Source: a virus (taxonomy: Duplodnaviria; Caudoviricetes). From it: a DNA stretch of 33,143 nt. Below, piece after piece: positions 13,738 through 21,901 of this stretch. The notes beneath the pieces were generated by a model. It was not told where the DNA came from and did not search any database. It saw only the letters and a list, made by a program, of their open reading frames with translations. Made by a program: the position numbers and the translations under genes. Positions within the stretch are counted from its first letter, which is position 1. Every line of letters starts with the position of its first letter. The stretch covers positions 1-33,143 of IMG/VR virus record IMGVR_UViG_3300037863_000077; one strand, given 5' to 3'.

Positions 13738-14723
13738 CAGCATATTACAATGAGATAGACCCCCACGCCGCGCAATGGATTCGTAATCTAATCGCGGCGG
13801 GACACTTGGCAAAAGGTGAAGTTGATGAACGCAGTATCACGGAAGTTCAACCTGATGACCTTCTTGGTTTCGACCAATGCCACCTCTTTGCGGGCATCGG
13901 CGGGTGGGCCTACGCCGCCCGTCTCGCCGGCTGGCCCGATGATCGGCCTCTCTGGACTGGCTCTTGCCCCTGCCAGCCGTTCTCGGTCGCGGGCAAAGGC
14001 GGTGGTGTTGACGACGCAAGGCATCTGTGGCCCGACTTCTTTCGCCTCATCGGTGCCCGCCGGCCCCCTGTCGTCATGGGAGAGCAGGTTGCGGGATCGG
14101 CTGGCTATGGTTGGCTCGACGGAGTGCGCGCTGATCTGGCGGGAGAAGGTTACGCCAGCCGGGGCGTCGATATCCCGGCTTGCGCCGTGGACGCCCCCCA
14201 TATCCGAAGCAGGCTGTGGTGGTGCGCTGTGGCCGACGCCGAAAGCGTCGAACGCGGGGCCGGACTTCGCCAAGATCGAGAGATCGGGAACGGAGCAGAG
14301 TCTGCAAACCGTGATGGCGGGAACGGTTTATTGGCCGACGCCGAAAGCCAGCGCGGCGGGCGAGACCAGCCGGAGCGGCGACAGGAAGAACGAGCCGCTG
14401 ATGGGCGGGTTGATGCGAGGGGCGACCGGGGTAACGCCCTCGGCGCGCGACTGGAAGGACACCGCGGGCATGGCGACGACGGGGCCGGGCGGGCGCAACC
14501 GGCTCGACCAGTTGCCTCGCCAGATGGCCGCAACGGCACTTTCTGGACCCACACCGAATGGCTTCACTGCCACGACGGCAAAGCGCGGCGCTCCCAACCC
14601 GGCACACCCTTGCTGGTTGATGGGCTACCCGGTCGAGTGGCTGCATGGCGCGGTTTTGGCAACGCAATCGTGCCGCAAGTCGCGGCGCAAGTCATAGGCG
14701 CGTTTATGGACTGCGCGCCGTGA
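13734..14723 (+). CDS. DNA cytosine-5 methyltransferase, alpha-type chain
   Basis: FAGIGG (motif I); GSCPCQPFS (IV, catalytic PC); GEQV (VI); PHIRSRLW (VIII); GFGNAIVPQVA (X). ATGA-coupled start at 13734. Confidence 0.88.
   Translation: MTAYYNEIDPHAAQWIRNLIAAGHLAKGEVDERSITEVQPDDLLGFDQCHLFAGIGGWAYAARLAGWPDDRPLWTGSCPCQPFSVAGKGGGVDDARHLWPDFFRLIGARRPPVVMGEQVAGSAGYGWLDGVRADLAGEGYASRGVDIPACAVDAPHIRSRLWWCAVADAESVERGAGLRQDREIGNGAESANRDGGNGLLADAESQRGGRDQPERRQEERAADGRVDARGDRGNALGARLEGHRGHGDDGAGRAQPARPVASPDGRNGTFWTHTEWLHCHDGKARRSQPGTPLLVDGLPGRVAAWRGFGNAIVPQVAAQVIGAFMDCAP
13816..14697 (+). CDS. Nested +1-frame methyltransferase beta-type chain (true start uncertain)
   Basis: 293-codon open frame inside the MTase gene, with WPTPKAS x2, TPSARDWKD, and motif-IX-like PNPAHPCWLMGYPVEW (14593-14640), which the alpha frame lacks. 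Confidence 0.72.
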   Translation: MKLMNAVSRKFNLMTFLVSTNATSLRASAGGPTPPVSPAGPMIGLSGLALAPASRSRSRAKAVVLTTQGICGPTSFASSVPAGPLSSWESRLRDRLAMVGSTECALIWREKVTPAGASISRLAPWTPPISEAGCGGALWPTPKASNAGPDFAKIERSGTEQSLQTVMAGTVYWPTPKASAAGETSRSGDRKNEPLMGGLMRGATGVTPSARDWKDTAGMATTGPGGRNRLDQLPRQMAATALSGPTPNGFTATTAKRGAPNPAHPCWLMGYPVEWLHGAVLATQSCRKSRRKS

Positions 14724-16018
14724 AACTGCGCCCCTATCAGGACGACGCGGCAGACTTCCTGTACGCGTGCGACCGCGCCATGATTCTTGCGCCTGTCGGC
14801 GCTGGCAAGACAGCCATCACGCTGACAGCCATGCAGGCGATGCTGAACGACGGCCACGTTAAACGCTGGCTTGTGGTAGCACCCAAGCGCGTCTGCACTG
14901 ACGTTTGGCCGGTCGAAGCGCCGAAGTGGTCTGGCATCACTCCAGCGCTTGCCGTCGGGAATCCTGCCCAGCGCGCCGCAGCCGTCCAAAGCGACGCCAG
15001 TGTCGTGGTCATTAACTACGACAACCTTGATAAGCTAGAAGATTTGTCGGGCTTCGACGGCATTGTGTTCGACGAATTGACGCGGCTGAAGAACCCGGCG
15101 GGCAAACGCTTCAAAGCGCTGGAAAAGCTGCTGGCGCCGGTCACGGTGCGCTGGGGTTTGACCGGGTCATTCACGTCGAACGGCCTTGAGGATGTGTTTG
15201 GCCAATGCAAGATCATCAACCAGGCGCTGCTAGGCCGCGCCAAGGGCGCGTTCCTCCAGCAATATTTCCACTGCATCAACCGCGACTTTGGCCAATGGAC
15301 ACCCGCGCCCGGCGCGCTGGAGCAGGTAATGGCGCGTATACGCCCGGCGACGTTTGTGCTGGACCCCGGCGCGTATAGCGACAAGCTGCCGCCGTGCCAC
15401 GTCGTCGAGGTGCGCTGCCGGCTTGACGACAGCAAGCCATACGAGAAGATGAAGAAAGATTATGTCGTCAAGTTTGACGACGCTCGCGTCATCGCGCAGA
15501 ACGCTGCCGCCGTGACGACCAAGTTGCAACAGATGGCCAGCGGGTTCGTCTATGACCGCGAGAACGGCGGGTCGGTCTGGTTTAGCAGCCATAAGTTTGA
15601 CCGGCTAGAGGAATTGCTGGCGGAGAACCAGCGGGCCAACACCATCGTCGCGTACACCTACCAGGAAGAACTAGCCGAGTTGAAGCGACGGTTTCCGCAC
15701 GCGCAGACGCTAGACGACGCCGATGCTATCGAGCGTTGGAACCGCGGCGAGATTGAGTTGCTGCTGGCGCATCCCAAGTCGGCTGGCCACGGCTTGAACC
15801 TTCAGCACGGCGGGCACCATATTGTGTTCCTGTCGCTGCCATGGTCGCTGGAACTTTACGAACAAACCGTCGGGCGTCTACACCGTAGCGGGCAGATGCA
15901 TGATGTTTGGGTCTATGTCCTGTTAACGGACAAGACGATTGACGAACGTATTTGGGCGGCGCTGCGCGATAAACGCGCGGTGTCCGACATAGCTTTAGAG
16001 GAACTAAAAGATGGTTAA
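14720..16018 (+). CDS. SNF2-like superfamily 2 helicase
   Basis: LRPYQ; APVGAGKT; VFDEL; GLTGS; SAGHGLNLQ; QTVGRLHRSGQ. GTG start overlaps the MTase stop. Confidence 0.9.
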   Translation: MKLRPYQDDAADFLYACDRAMILAPVGAGKTAITLTAMQAMLNDGHVKRWLVVAPKRVCTDVWPVEAPKWSGITPALAVGNPAQRAAAVQSDASVVVINYDNLDKLEDLSGFDGIVFDELTRLKNPAGKRFKALEKLLAPVTVRWGLTGSFTSNGLEDVFGQCKIINQALLGRAKGAFLQQYFHCINRDFGQWTPAPGALEQVMARIRPATFVLDPGAYSDKLPPCHVVEVRCRLDDSKPYEKMKKDYVVKFDDARVIAQNAAAVTTKLQQMASGFVYDRENGGSVWFSSHKFDRLEELLAENQRANTIVAYTYQEELAELKRRFPHAQTLDDADAIERWNRGEIELLLAHPKSAGHGLNLQHGGHHIVFLSLPWSLELYEQTVGRLHRSGQMHDVWVYVLLTDKTIDERIWAALRDKRAVSDIALEELKDG

Positions 16019-16202
16019 ACTTGATTGGCGCACAATGATTGCAAGCTTAGGTGAGATGACCGAGGAACAGGTCAAGGCGCATCTTGACGCCGAAGTGAGT
16101 CAACACAAGCGCCCGGTGTTTCTGCGCCGTTTGCACCAGCGTTATTCGTCGCTGCGCACCATGCGCGAGCGCGGCGAATTGATGCTTGAGATCAGCAAGT
16201 GA
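16011..16202 (+). CDS. Hypothetical protein
   Basis: 63 aa with a GAGGA RBS, overlapping both neighbours by a few nucleotides. Confidence 0.65.
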   Translation: MVKLDWRTMIASLGEMTEEQVKAHLDAEVSQHKRPVFLRRLHQRYSSLRTMRERGELMLEISK

Positions 16203-16459
16203 GCGACCCCGCCAACCCCGATTACTACAAAATCGGCGGGATTGAGACAATCGACTTCCTTCAGGCGAAGCTGACGCAGGAGGAGTTTCGCGGCTATTTG
16301 CGCGGCAACGTTATAAAATACCTAAGCCGCCTTGGCCATAAGGACACGACGGCTCAGGAGATTGGCAAGGCTATTTGGTATCTGCAACGCCTACAGGACA
16401 GTCTTGTTCACAAAGACATACCCAACGGCTATTGTGAGCCTCTACCGCTGCAACTGTGA
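16199..16459 (+). CDS. DUF3310 (SaV-like) protein
   Basis: DP.NP.YY..GGIETID...GY..GN.IKY..R...K......KA.WYL signature. Confidence 0.8.
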   Translation: MSDPANPDYYKIGGIETIDFLQAKLTQEEFRGYLRGNVIKYLSRLGHKDTTAQEIGKAIWYLQRLQDSLVHKDIPNGYCEPLPLQL

Positions 16460-16616
16460 CCGGTGTATCTTTGGCGCTATCGTAGCCAATCGGCTTGGCG
16501 ATGGCGCAGTAGCTATTGACCGGCGCGATCAAAGCGGTTGCGCAGCCGCTTATCACGCACAACGTCAGGCACAGCCAAAGCGGCTTCGCCCAACGCGATC
16601 TGGCGCTGCACGACAT
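16371..16616 (-). CDS. o-spanin (Rz1-like) lipoprotein
   Basis: Signal peptide with lipobox ISGC; overlaps the i-spanin in another frame at the end of the lysis cassette. Confidence 0.7.
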   Translation of the reverse strand: MSCSARSRWAKPLWLCLTLCVISGCATALIAPVNSYCAIAKPIGYDSAKDTPVTVAAVEAHNSRWVCLCEQDCPVGVADTK

Positions 16617-16728
16617 CTTCTGACTCCTTTATGATTTCCTGCCGTCCCTGCTGCTTCCATTGCTCTTTGTCGAGGTAGGCAAACAGCCGGTCGATAAGAG
16701 CCAGTAGGGACGACAGGAACCGTATCAC
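16513..16728 (-). CDS. i-spanin (Rz-like)
   Basis: N-terminal hydrophobic segment followed by a charged helix, downstream of the holin. Confidence 0.6.
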   Translation of the reverse strand: MIRFLSSLLALIDRLFAYLDKEQWKQQGRQEIIKESEDVVQRQIALGEAALAVPDVVRDKRLRNRFDRAGQ

Positions 16729-16898
16729 TTGGCGCGTTCGCCCAAGACAACTGCAATCAGGCCAGCGATGCCGGCCAGCGCCGCCGAGGCTGCGGAATAG
16801 AGTTCGCCAGACACGCCGAGCGCCAGTGCAAGCCCCGACAGACCAGCGTAGGTTGAAGGTTCCTTGAGCCGGTTTAGAACAAAATTAAGAAAATTCAT
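16725..16898 (-). CDS. Holin
   Basis: MNFLNFVLNRLKEPSTYAGL..., two hydrophobic helices, AAGGAG RBS, coupled to the endolysin stop. Confidence 0.7.
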   Translation of the reverse strand: MNFLNFVLNRLKEPSTYAGLSGLALALGVSGELYSAASAALAGIAGLIAVVLGERAK

Positions 16899-17293
16899 TT
16901 TTGCTTCTCCTTTGGGTATTGCTTCCAAGGCAGTTCCCAATGTGGACCATCCTTGAAAGTCCGCCAATCCCCGCCCCAGGTGACGGGAACCTTTTCATAC
17001 GCCGCAGCGGCTTTTACGATTGCGGCTAACTGATGGTACAATGGCCAATCCCAGCGCACGGTGCCGCCGATCATCGGCGCCAGATCGACGGCGTGGCCGG
17101 TCAGGTGCCGCGAGTTCAGCGTCTTGGTCGCGCCTTGCGCCATCAACTCATGCTGCCGCGCCAACGTCCGCAGACCTTCCAACACGGTGAAGTCCAGACT
17201 GGATATGGCAGCAGCGCGCTTCACGACACGCACCAGATCGGGACGCACGTCTACCAAGCGAGATAGCGACCGAGGGCCAAGAATGATACTCAT
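16895..17293 (-). CDS. Endolysin, peptidase M15 family
   Basis: EGLRT..RQ; SRHLTGHAVD; WGGDW..FKDGPHWEL. Start ATG 17293. Confidence 0.9.
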   Translation of the reverse strand: MSIILGPRSLSRLVDVRPDLVRVVKRAAAISSLDFTVLEGLRTLARQHELMAQGATKTLNSRHLTGHAVDLAPMIGGTVRWDWPLYHQLAAIVKAAAAYEKVPVTWGGDWRTFKDGPHWELPWKQYPKEKQK

Positions 17294-17460
17294 CAGTTCA
17301 TCTTCAGCACGATGGCGAGCAATAGCATGATGATTGTTCCTGCTACGGTGATTGCAACAGTTTCCATACGCTTTAAACGCGCGCAAAGACCATCATATCT
17401 AAGCGCGCAAATCTGTTCGTGGGCGGCCAAACGGGCTTCATTCTTATCAACTGTTGTCAC
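17293..17460 (-). CDS. 55-aa XhlA-like membrane protein (not in the ORF track)
   Basis: GTG start with a CAGGAG RBS. Translates as MTTVDKNEARLAAHEQICALRYDGLCARLKRMETVAITVAGTIIMLLLAIVLKMN (coiled coil plus C-terminal TM). TGATG overlap with the endolysin. Confidence 0.7.
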   Translation of the reverse strand: MTTVDKNEARLAAHEQICALRYDGLCARLKRMETVAITVAGTIIMLLLAIVLKMN

Positions 17461-17461
17461 G

Positions 17462-19399
17462 TCAAAACTGCTCCTGATCTCGCATTGCGTTTTGTGCGCG
17501 TTCGCCGGCCAAAGTGGCTTTTGAACGTGCGGCGCGGCCTACCAGTTTAGGCGCGGCGACTAGCACCTGCCCTGTAGCTTTTGCCCGGCGCTCTCCCGTT
17601 GCTGCTTTTTCAATAGCGGCTGCGGCAGCCTGCGGGTCAAGCATTTCCGTGGCTAACTGGACAGCCAAATTTCTGTCTATCCGGCCCTTCAGACGTGAGA
17701 TGATGTTGTTGGCGACCGCGGCAACGCGGCTGAGAAGGTTTGGCAGTTGCGCGCCCTGCGCCGCTTGCGACGCTAGCTTATTGGCGTTGGGCGGCCCGCC
17801 CCCTCCGGCTCTAGCAAGGTCTTTGTTCTTGGCCGCGCGGGCCAAGTCATCGCGGATAGCATTGACCGCGCGAACTTGGTCAGGCGTCAAAACATCCGAC
17901 AATGCCTTAAACCGCGCCTCGTTGGTAGTCGCGCGTTTGATTGTGCCCGCGGCGTCTTTAACGGCGGTGGCAAACACATTGGCTCGTTCGCCGGTGCCGA
18001 GCGACGTAGTCAATTTACCTTCGAGATATTGGCCGACTTCCATCTGATTAATTGGTTTCGATTTGTCGGCAAAGACAGCACGCGCCGCGCCGTATTCCGG
18101 CGCGTTTTTGTCCAACCAACCGACCAAACGGTTTTTAACATCCATTACTTGCGCCCGTTCGCCCCGCGCCAACGCGGTGTCGCCCGTTCGCGTTAACATT
18201 TTATCCAACGAAATTTTTACGTTGTGGATAAAACGTGTTGGGTTGTTGGTAAAGGTAACATTTTGAGATTTGGACAACCTTGTAGCATCAGGCAAAGCTT
18301 GCCGAATATAAGGGTCGTCAGCAAGTTGCATTAGCGCGGGGTCTGCCGCAAACTTGCGCGCTTCGGCGGCGGCGTACAAAGGGTTGGATGCCGCAGTTCG
18401 AGCGTCAGACGCGGCGGTAATGTTGGCGGGCGTGCCGCCCACATCGCGAATGGCGTTTTGCCGTGCCGCAGCCTGCTCCCCTTCGCGAGCGTAGTACGCC
18501 GTCGGCAAAACTTGTCGTGCGGATTCGCCCAAGGCGGAAAACTCGGTGCCGCCAAGCGGCGCTGCGGCCTGCGCCGCCGTAGGTTTGCTGCCTGGCACGA
18601 TCTCCAGATCAGGGGAACGAAGTTGGTTGATAAACTCTTGCGAGCGGCCTTCAGTCGCTTGTAAATACGCCGCCTGCTTGGGCGATACAAACCGCTGCAC
18701 CGCCAGCGGAACGCGCGACACACCTCTAGCCACCGCCGCAGCGGGCTTGGTTAGCGCGTTGACAGGGTTGGTCGCTTTTGCAGCCTGCGACAATATATTT
18801 GCGGTGCGGGTAGCGCCAGCAGCCACGCGCGGCGCAGCCCTCGCAACAGATGCTGTGCCGCGTGCCAAGCCAGCACCCCCTGAAAAAAGCGTAGATAGGT
18901 CCGCAGCTACACCAACGGGGTCAGTGGCTAACGTCTGCTTCAACGCTTCAATAGATCCGTAGCGTTGCTGGTAAACGCCGCCGACCTGCTTGGCAGTGCT
19001 AATGGCGCGCTGCGCGGCTTCCGGGTTGCTGTCTAGGCCGATAAGAAAATTGCGGGCTTTGGTCGGCATTGCGTTATAAGCGCCGCCCGCAACCAGATCG
19101 AGTAGCCCGCCTGCGGTCTTGACTGGGTGAGTAACGGCTTCAGCTATGCCTTGGCCAAACCGCATGGCGCTACTTGGCACGTTTTTAAATGCTTGCGAAC
19201 CGACATTCATCAAAGACATTGGCGGCGCGGCTTTGGCGGCGCTTAAGCCAAAACGCTGCTGAATCTGTGTTTGCGTAGCGAAATTTGCGTTGTTGTATTC
19301 AGGCAGCGTAGCAATCCGGCTATCAAAGATTGCTTTCTTTGTGGCCGCGTTAGCGTTGATATAGTTTGGGTCGTTGAGAATGTCCGCCGCGCCCGCCAT
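17462..19399 (-). CDS. Putative DNA ejection (internal virion) protein
   Basis: 645-aa Ala-rich helical protein, third of three large genes after the gp10-like gene, matching the P22 ejection-protein position. Confidence 0.65.
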   Translation of the reverse strand: MAGAADILNDPNYINANAATKKAIFDSRIATLPEYNNANFATQTQIQQRFGLSAAKAAPPMSLMNVGSQAFKNVPSSAMRFGQGIAEAVTHPVKTAGGLLDLVAGGAYNAMPTKARNFLIGLDSNPEAAQRAISTAKQVGGVYQQRYGSIEALKQTLATDPVGVAADLSTLFSGGAGLARGTASVARAAPRVAAGATRTANILSQAAKATNPVNALTKPAAAVARGVSRVPLAVQRFVSPKQAAYLQATEGRSQEFINQLRSPDLEIVPGSKPTAAQAAAPLGGTEFSALGESARQVLPTAYYAREGEQAAARQNAIRDVGGTPANITAASDARTAASNPLYAAAEARKFAADPALMQLADDPYIRQALPDATRLSKSQNVTFTNNPTRFIHNVKISLDKMLTRTGDTALARGERAQVMDVKNRLVGWLDKNAPEYGAARAVFADKSKPINQMEVGQYLEGKLTTSLGTGERANVFATAVKDAAGTIKRATTNEARFKALSDVLTPDQVRAVNAIRDDLARAAKNKDLARAGGGGPPNANKLASQAAQGAQLPNLLSRVAAVANNIISRLKGRIDRNLAVQLATEMLDPQAAAAAIEKAATGERRAKATGQVLVAAPKLVGRAARSKATLAGERAQNAMRDQEQF

Positions 19400-19400
19400 A

Positions 19401-20936
19401 TCACATACCCTTTAGAAGCGGATTGTTACGGTCAACGCCAGAAGGCGTTGTTCTCTTGCCGCTAGGGGAGCCTGCGTTACCAAACAATTTTTTTGCGGCG
19501 GCGTCTACTTCCGGCGTCCACCCTTTCCCGGCCCGCGATTTTGCGTCTAGCACTAGCTGCGACAGACGCTGGCGTTTGGATTCAATTGCTGCGGGTTCGT
19601 CCGAGTACGCGGGGATGTAAGACTCCATCTGGCCTTCAAGCTGCTCTTTGTTATACGCGGCGCCTGTGGCCAGATACAGCAGCGCGTCCAGAATGTCGCG
19701 CTGGGCGGCGGAGACAATCTGGCGCTGCGCCCCGCGCGTGAAATTAACCGCGCGAGAGATAAGCGGCGTATTGCCTATAAATGCCTCCGTACCCGAAGGC
19801 ATATTGGCGCTAGGATCTTTTTCTACCGCGGTACTAATTGCCTGCGCGCCGCGCAGCAAACGCTTGATGTTGTAGGTCGATGTTTGCTCCGAAACGGTTA
19901 ATTCTTTGGGCTTGTCTGCGGTGCCTGTGCCGGGGATAGGCTGGCCCATCCCTCCACCGCCGCCAGCGGTTCCGCGCCGCGACGGTTCGACATGAACATG
20001 ATCGCCTTCAACGATAACATCGAAGCCCTGCGCTTTGAGGGGCTGGAGGCTCGACGCCAATGTCGCCAAGGTCTGTCCTTTGCCTGGCACAAAGTCGCGC
20101 GCGTTATCGCTAAGATGATAGCTGTTGGGAACGCCGCCGACTTCGGCGTTGCGCGCGGGCGTGCGCGCACGACCGCTGACAACAACGCCGGGGTTTAACT
20201 GGTTTGCCAGTTGTTCAATTTCTAAACCCCGCGGTGCGCCAGTCGGCGAATACGCCGTTGTCGGGGGAGCGCCCCCCATACGCTTAGGAACCGGGATAAC
20301 TTCGCCGTTTGCGCCTTTGACGTAAGTCACCTCTGTCCCTGTATCAGTTTCGGAACCGGGAACAACCGTAGCGTTAGGCGCACCATACGGGTTGGTAGAG
20401 ATTTGCCGTGTGCCTGTAGACGTATTTTGGGTTGTTAAAATGTTTTTATATCGTTCGTTGGCGTCAATTGTTTTTACGCCGGTTTCTTTCTTCCACGCCG
20501 CAAATTGCGCCGGGTCTTGAGGTATTGAGTTAACTACTTGGTCCAACCCGTCTCGAAACATCGGGTTTTGAAATTCGGGAACGGCTGCAATCCGTTGCGC
20601 GAAGGCCGTAAAATCTTCGGGCGAATTTGCGTTTGACGCGGCGATGTAGATAAACTCGTTAAACGCCATACCGGTCTTAAGTTTTTCAGCCGTTGATTTT
20701 GATTGGGCTTCGCTAACCGCAAACGGGTGCAATTCAGATTTGCGCCGTTCTTCGACCACAGCGCGGCCTTCCTGCGATTGCTGAAGCCGCGCGGACTGTT
20801 CCGCAGCCGCGGTTTGACGGTCAAGCGCCTGCTGCTGGCGCATCAAGTTAACCATCTGCGTGCTAGCTTGAATCGTAGAACCCAACGGATTACCTTGCGG
20901 AGCGCGGGCTTGAAGGGCGATCATCTGGTTAGCCAC
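19401..20936 (-). CDS. Putative ejection protein with an internal M15-like peptidase domain
   Basis: SGRARTPARNAEVGGVPNSYHLSDNARD...GDHVHVE Zn-peptidase motifs. Probable GTG start at 20936 with a CAGGAG RBS. Confidence 0.7.
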   Translation of the reverse strand: MANQMIALQARAPQGNPLGSTIQASTQMVNLMRQQQALDRQTAAAEQSARLQQSQEGRAVVEERRKSELHPFAVSEAQSKSTAEKLKTGMAFNEFIYIAASNANSPEDFTAFAQRIAAVPEFQNPMFRDGLDQVVNSIPQDPAQFAAWKKETGVKTIDANERYKNILTTQNTSTGTRQISTNPYGAPNATVVPGSETDTGTEVTYVKGANGEVIPVPKRMGGAPPTTAYSPTGAPRGLEIEQLANQLNPGVVVSGRARTPARNAEVGGVPNSYHLSDNARDFVPGKGQTLATLASSLQPLKAQGFDVIVEGDHVHVEPSRRGTAGGGGGMGQPIPGTGTADKPKELTVSEQTSTYNIKRLLRGAQAISTAVEKDPSANMPSGTEAFIGNTPLISRAVNFTRGAQRQIVSAAQRDILDALLYLATGAAYNKEQLEGQMESYIPAYSDEPAAIESKRQRLSQLVLDAKSRAGKGWTPEVDAAAKKLFGNAGSPSGKRTTPSGVDRNNPLLKGM

Positions 20937-21900
20937 TATACGGCGCTCCTGCAAATGAACCAGTAAGCCCATAACTGGCGTTGGGGGTATAGCCGCCCGC
21001 GCTTCGGTTCAAATAGTTAACATTAGCCGCCATTAGCGGATACGAACTTATAGCCTGCCCCGCGCTGTTCAACGCTCCGCCAAGCGCGTTCGCGGCGCCA
21101 ACGTAGCCGGACGCGCGGGCCTGCCCAGCAGCCATCAAGTTGTTGGCTTGGTTCTGGCCCTGCTGCCCCGCGGCGTTCGTCATCATGTTCGTGGCCGACT
21201 GGCCGGACCCCATGAGCGACTGAAGCGGGTTCAGTTGGTTCGAACGGTTCACCTGATAGCGGTTGAAGGCGTTCTGGTATTCTTGGCTGGCCAAGTCCTG
21301 CCCGAACCGCTGGATGCCTTTGAGCGTGCCGCCTGACAGCAGCCCGCCGCGCGCCGCCGCGCTGCGCTCCAGCGCCTTCATGCCTTCCGCCTGGCGGAAG
21401 GCGTAGCCGGGGTCTTGCTGAAAGTCTTGGTTGCCAAAGTCGCGCGCATACTTGCCGAAGTCGGCGCTAGGAGCGCCGGCGCTGGCAGGCAGCGGGTGCT
21501 GGGCCATGTAGCCCGCAACATCCGTTACGATGTTGCCTTGCGCGTCTTGATAGACAGCGCCGCCGCTGCTCTGGCTACCGTAATCGCCGAACCCGAAGTT
21601 AGGTGTTTGGACGGGGGTCAGCCCATAGGCCGCAGGGTTGTTAGCCCCGCCGCCAGAAGGCTGCGCGTTAGGGTCTTTTAGCCCCAGCAATTCAAAGATT
21701 CGGCTTTGGGCGGTCAATCCGCCTTGGCGGAACGGCTCTTGCAGCGCGGTTTGCTTTTCAAACATCCGCTCTTGAGCGGCGTTGGCGTCTTGCGCAGCTT
21801 GCACTTGGGCTTTGGCTGCGCTTTTGGCTCCGCCAGCAGCGAGAAGCCCGCCGCCTATCGCGGCTACGCCGCCAATAATTGCCGCTGTTACTGCGCCCAT
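20929..21900 (-). CDS. DNA transfer/ejection protein (P22 gp7-like)
   Basis: Gly/Ala-rich hydrophobic N-terminus; DPGYAFR..EG...LERSAAARGGLLSGGTLK motif; position in the module. Confidence 0.7.
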   Translation of the reverse strand: MGAVTAAIIGGVAAIGGGLLAAGGAKSAAKAQVQAAQDANAAQERMFEKQTALQEPFRQGGLTAQSRIFELLGLKDPNAQPSGGGANNPAAYGLTPVQTPNFGFGDYGSQSSGGAVYQDAQGNIVTDVAGYMAQHPLPASAGAPSADFGKYARDFGNQDFQQDPGYAFRQAEGMKALERSAAARGGLLSGGTLKGIQRFGQDLASQEYQNAFNRYQVNRSNQLNPLQSLMGSGQSATNMMTNAAGQQGQNQANNLMAAGQARASGYVGAANALGGALNSAGQAISSYPLMAANVNYLNRSAGGYTPNASYGLTGSFAGAPYSG

Positions 21901-21901
21901 A

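Noticed and set aside
13788-14667. Minus-strand ORFs within the methyltransferase gene
   Set aside because: They have no recognisable motifs and are expected in a GC-rich region already open in two plus-strand frames.
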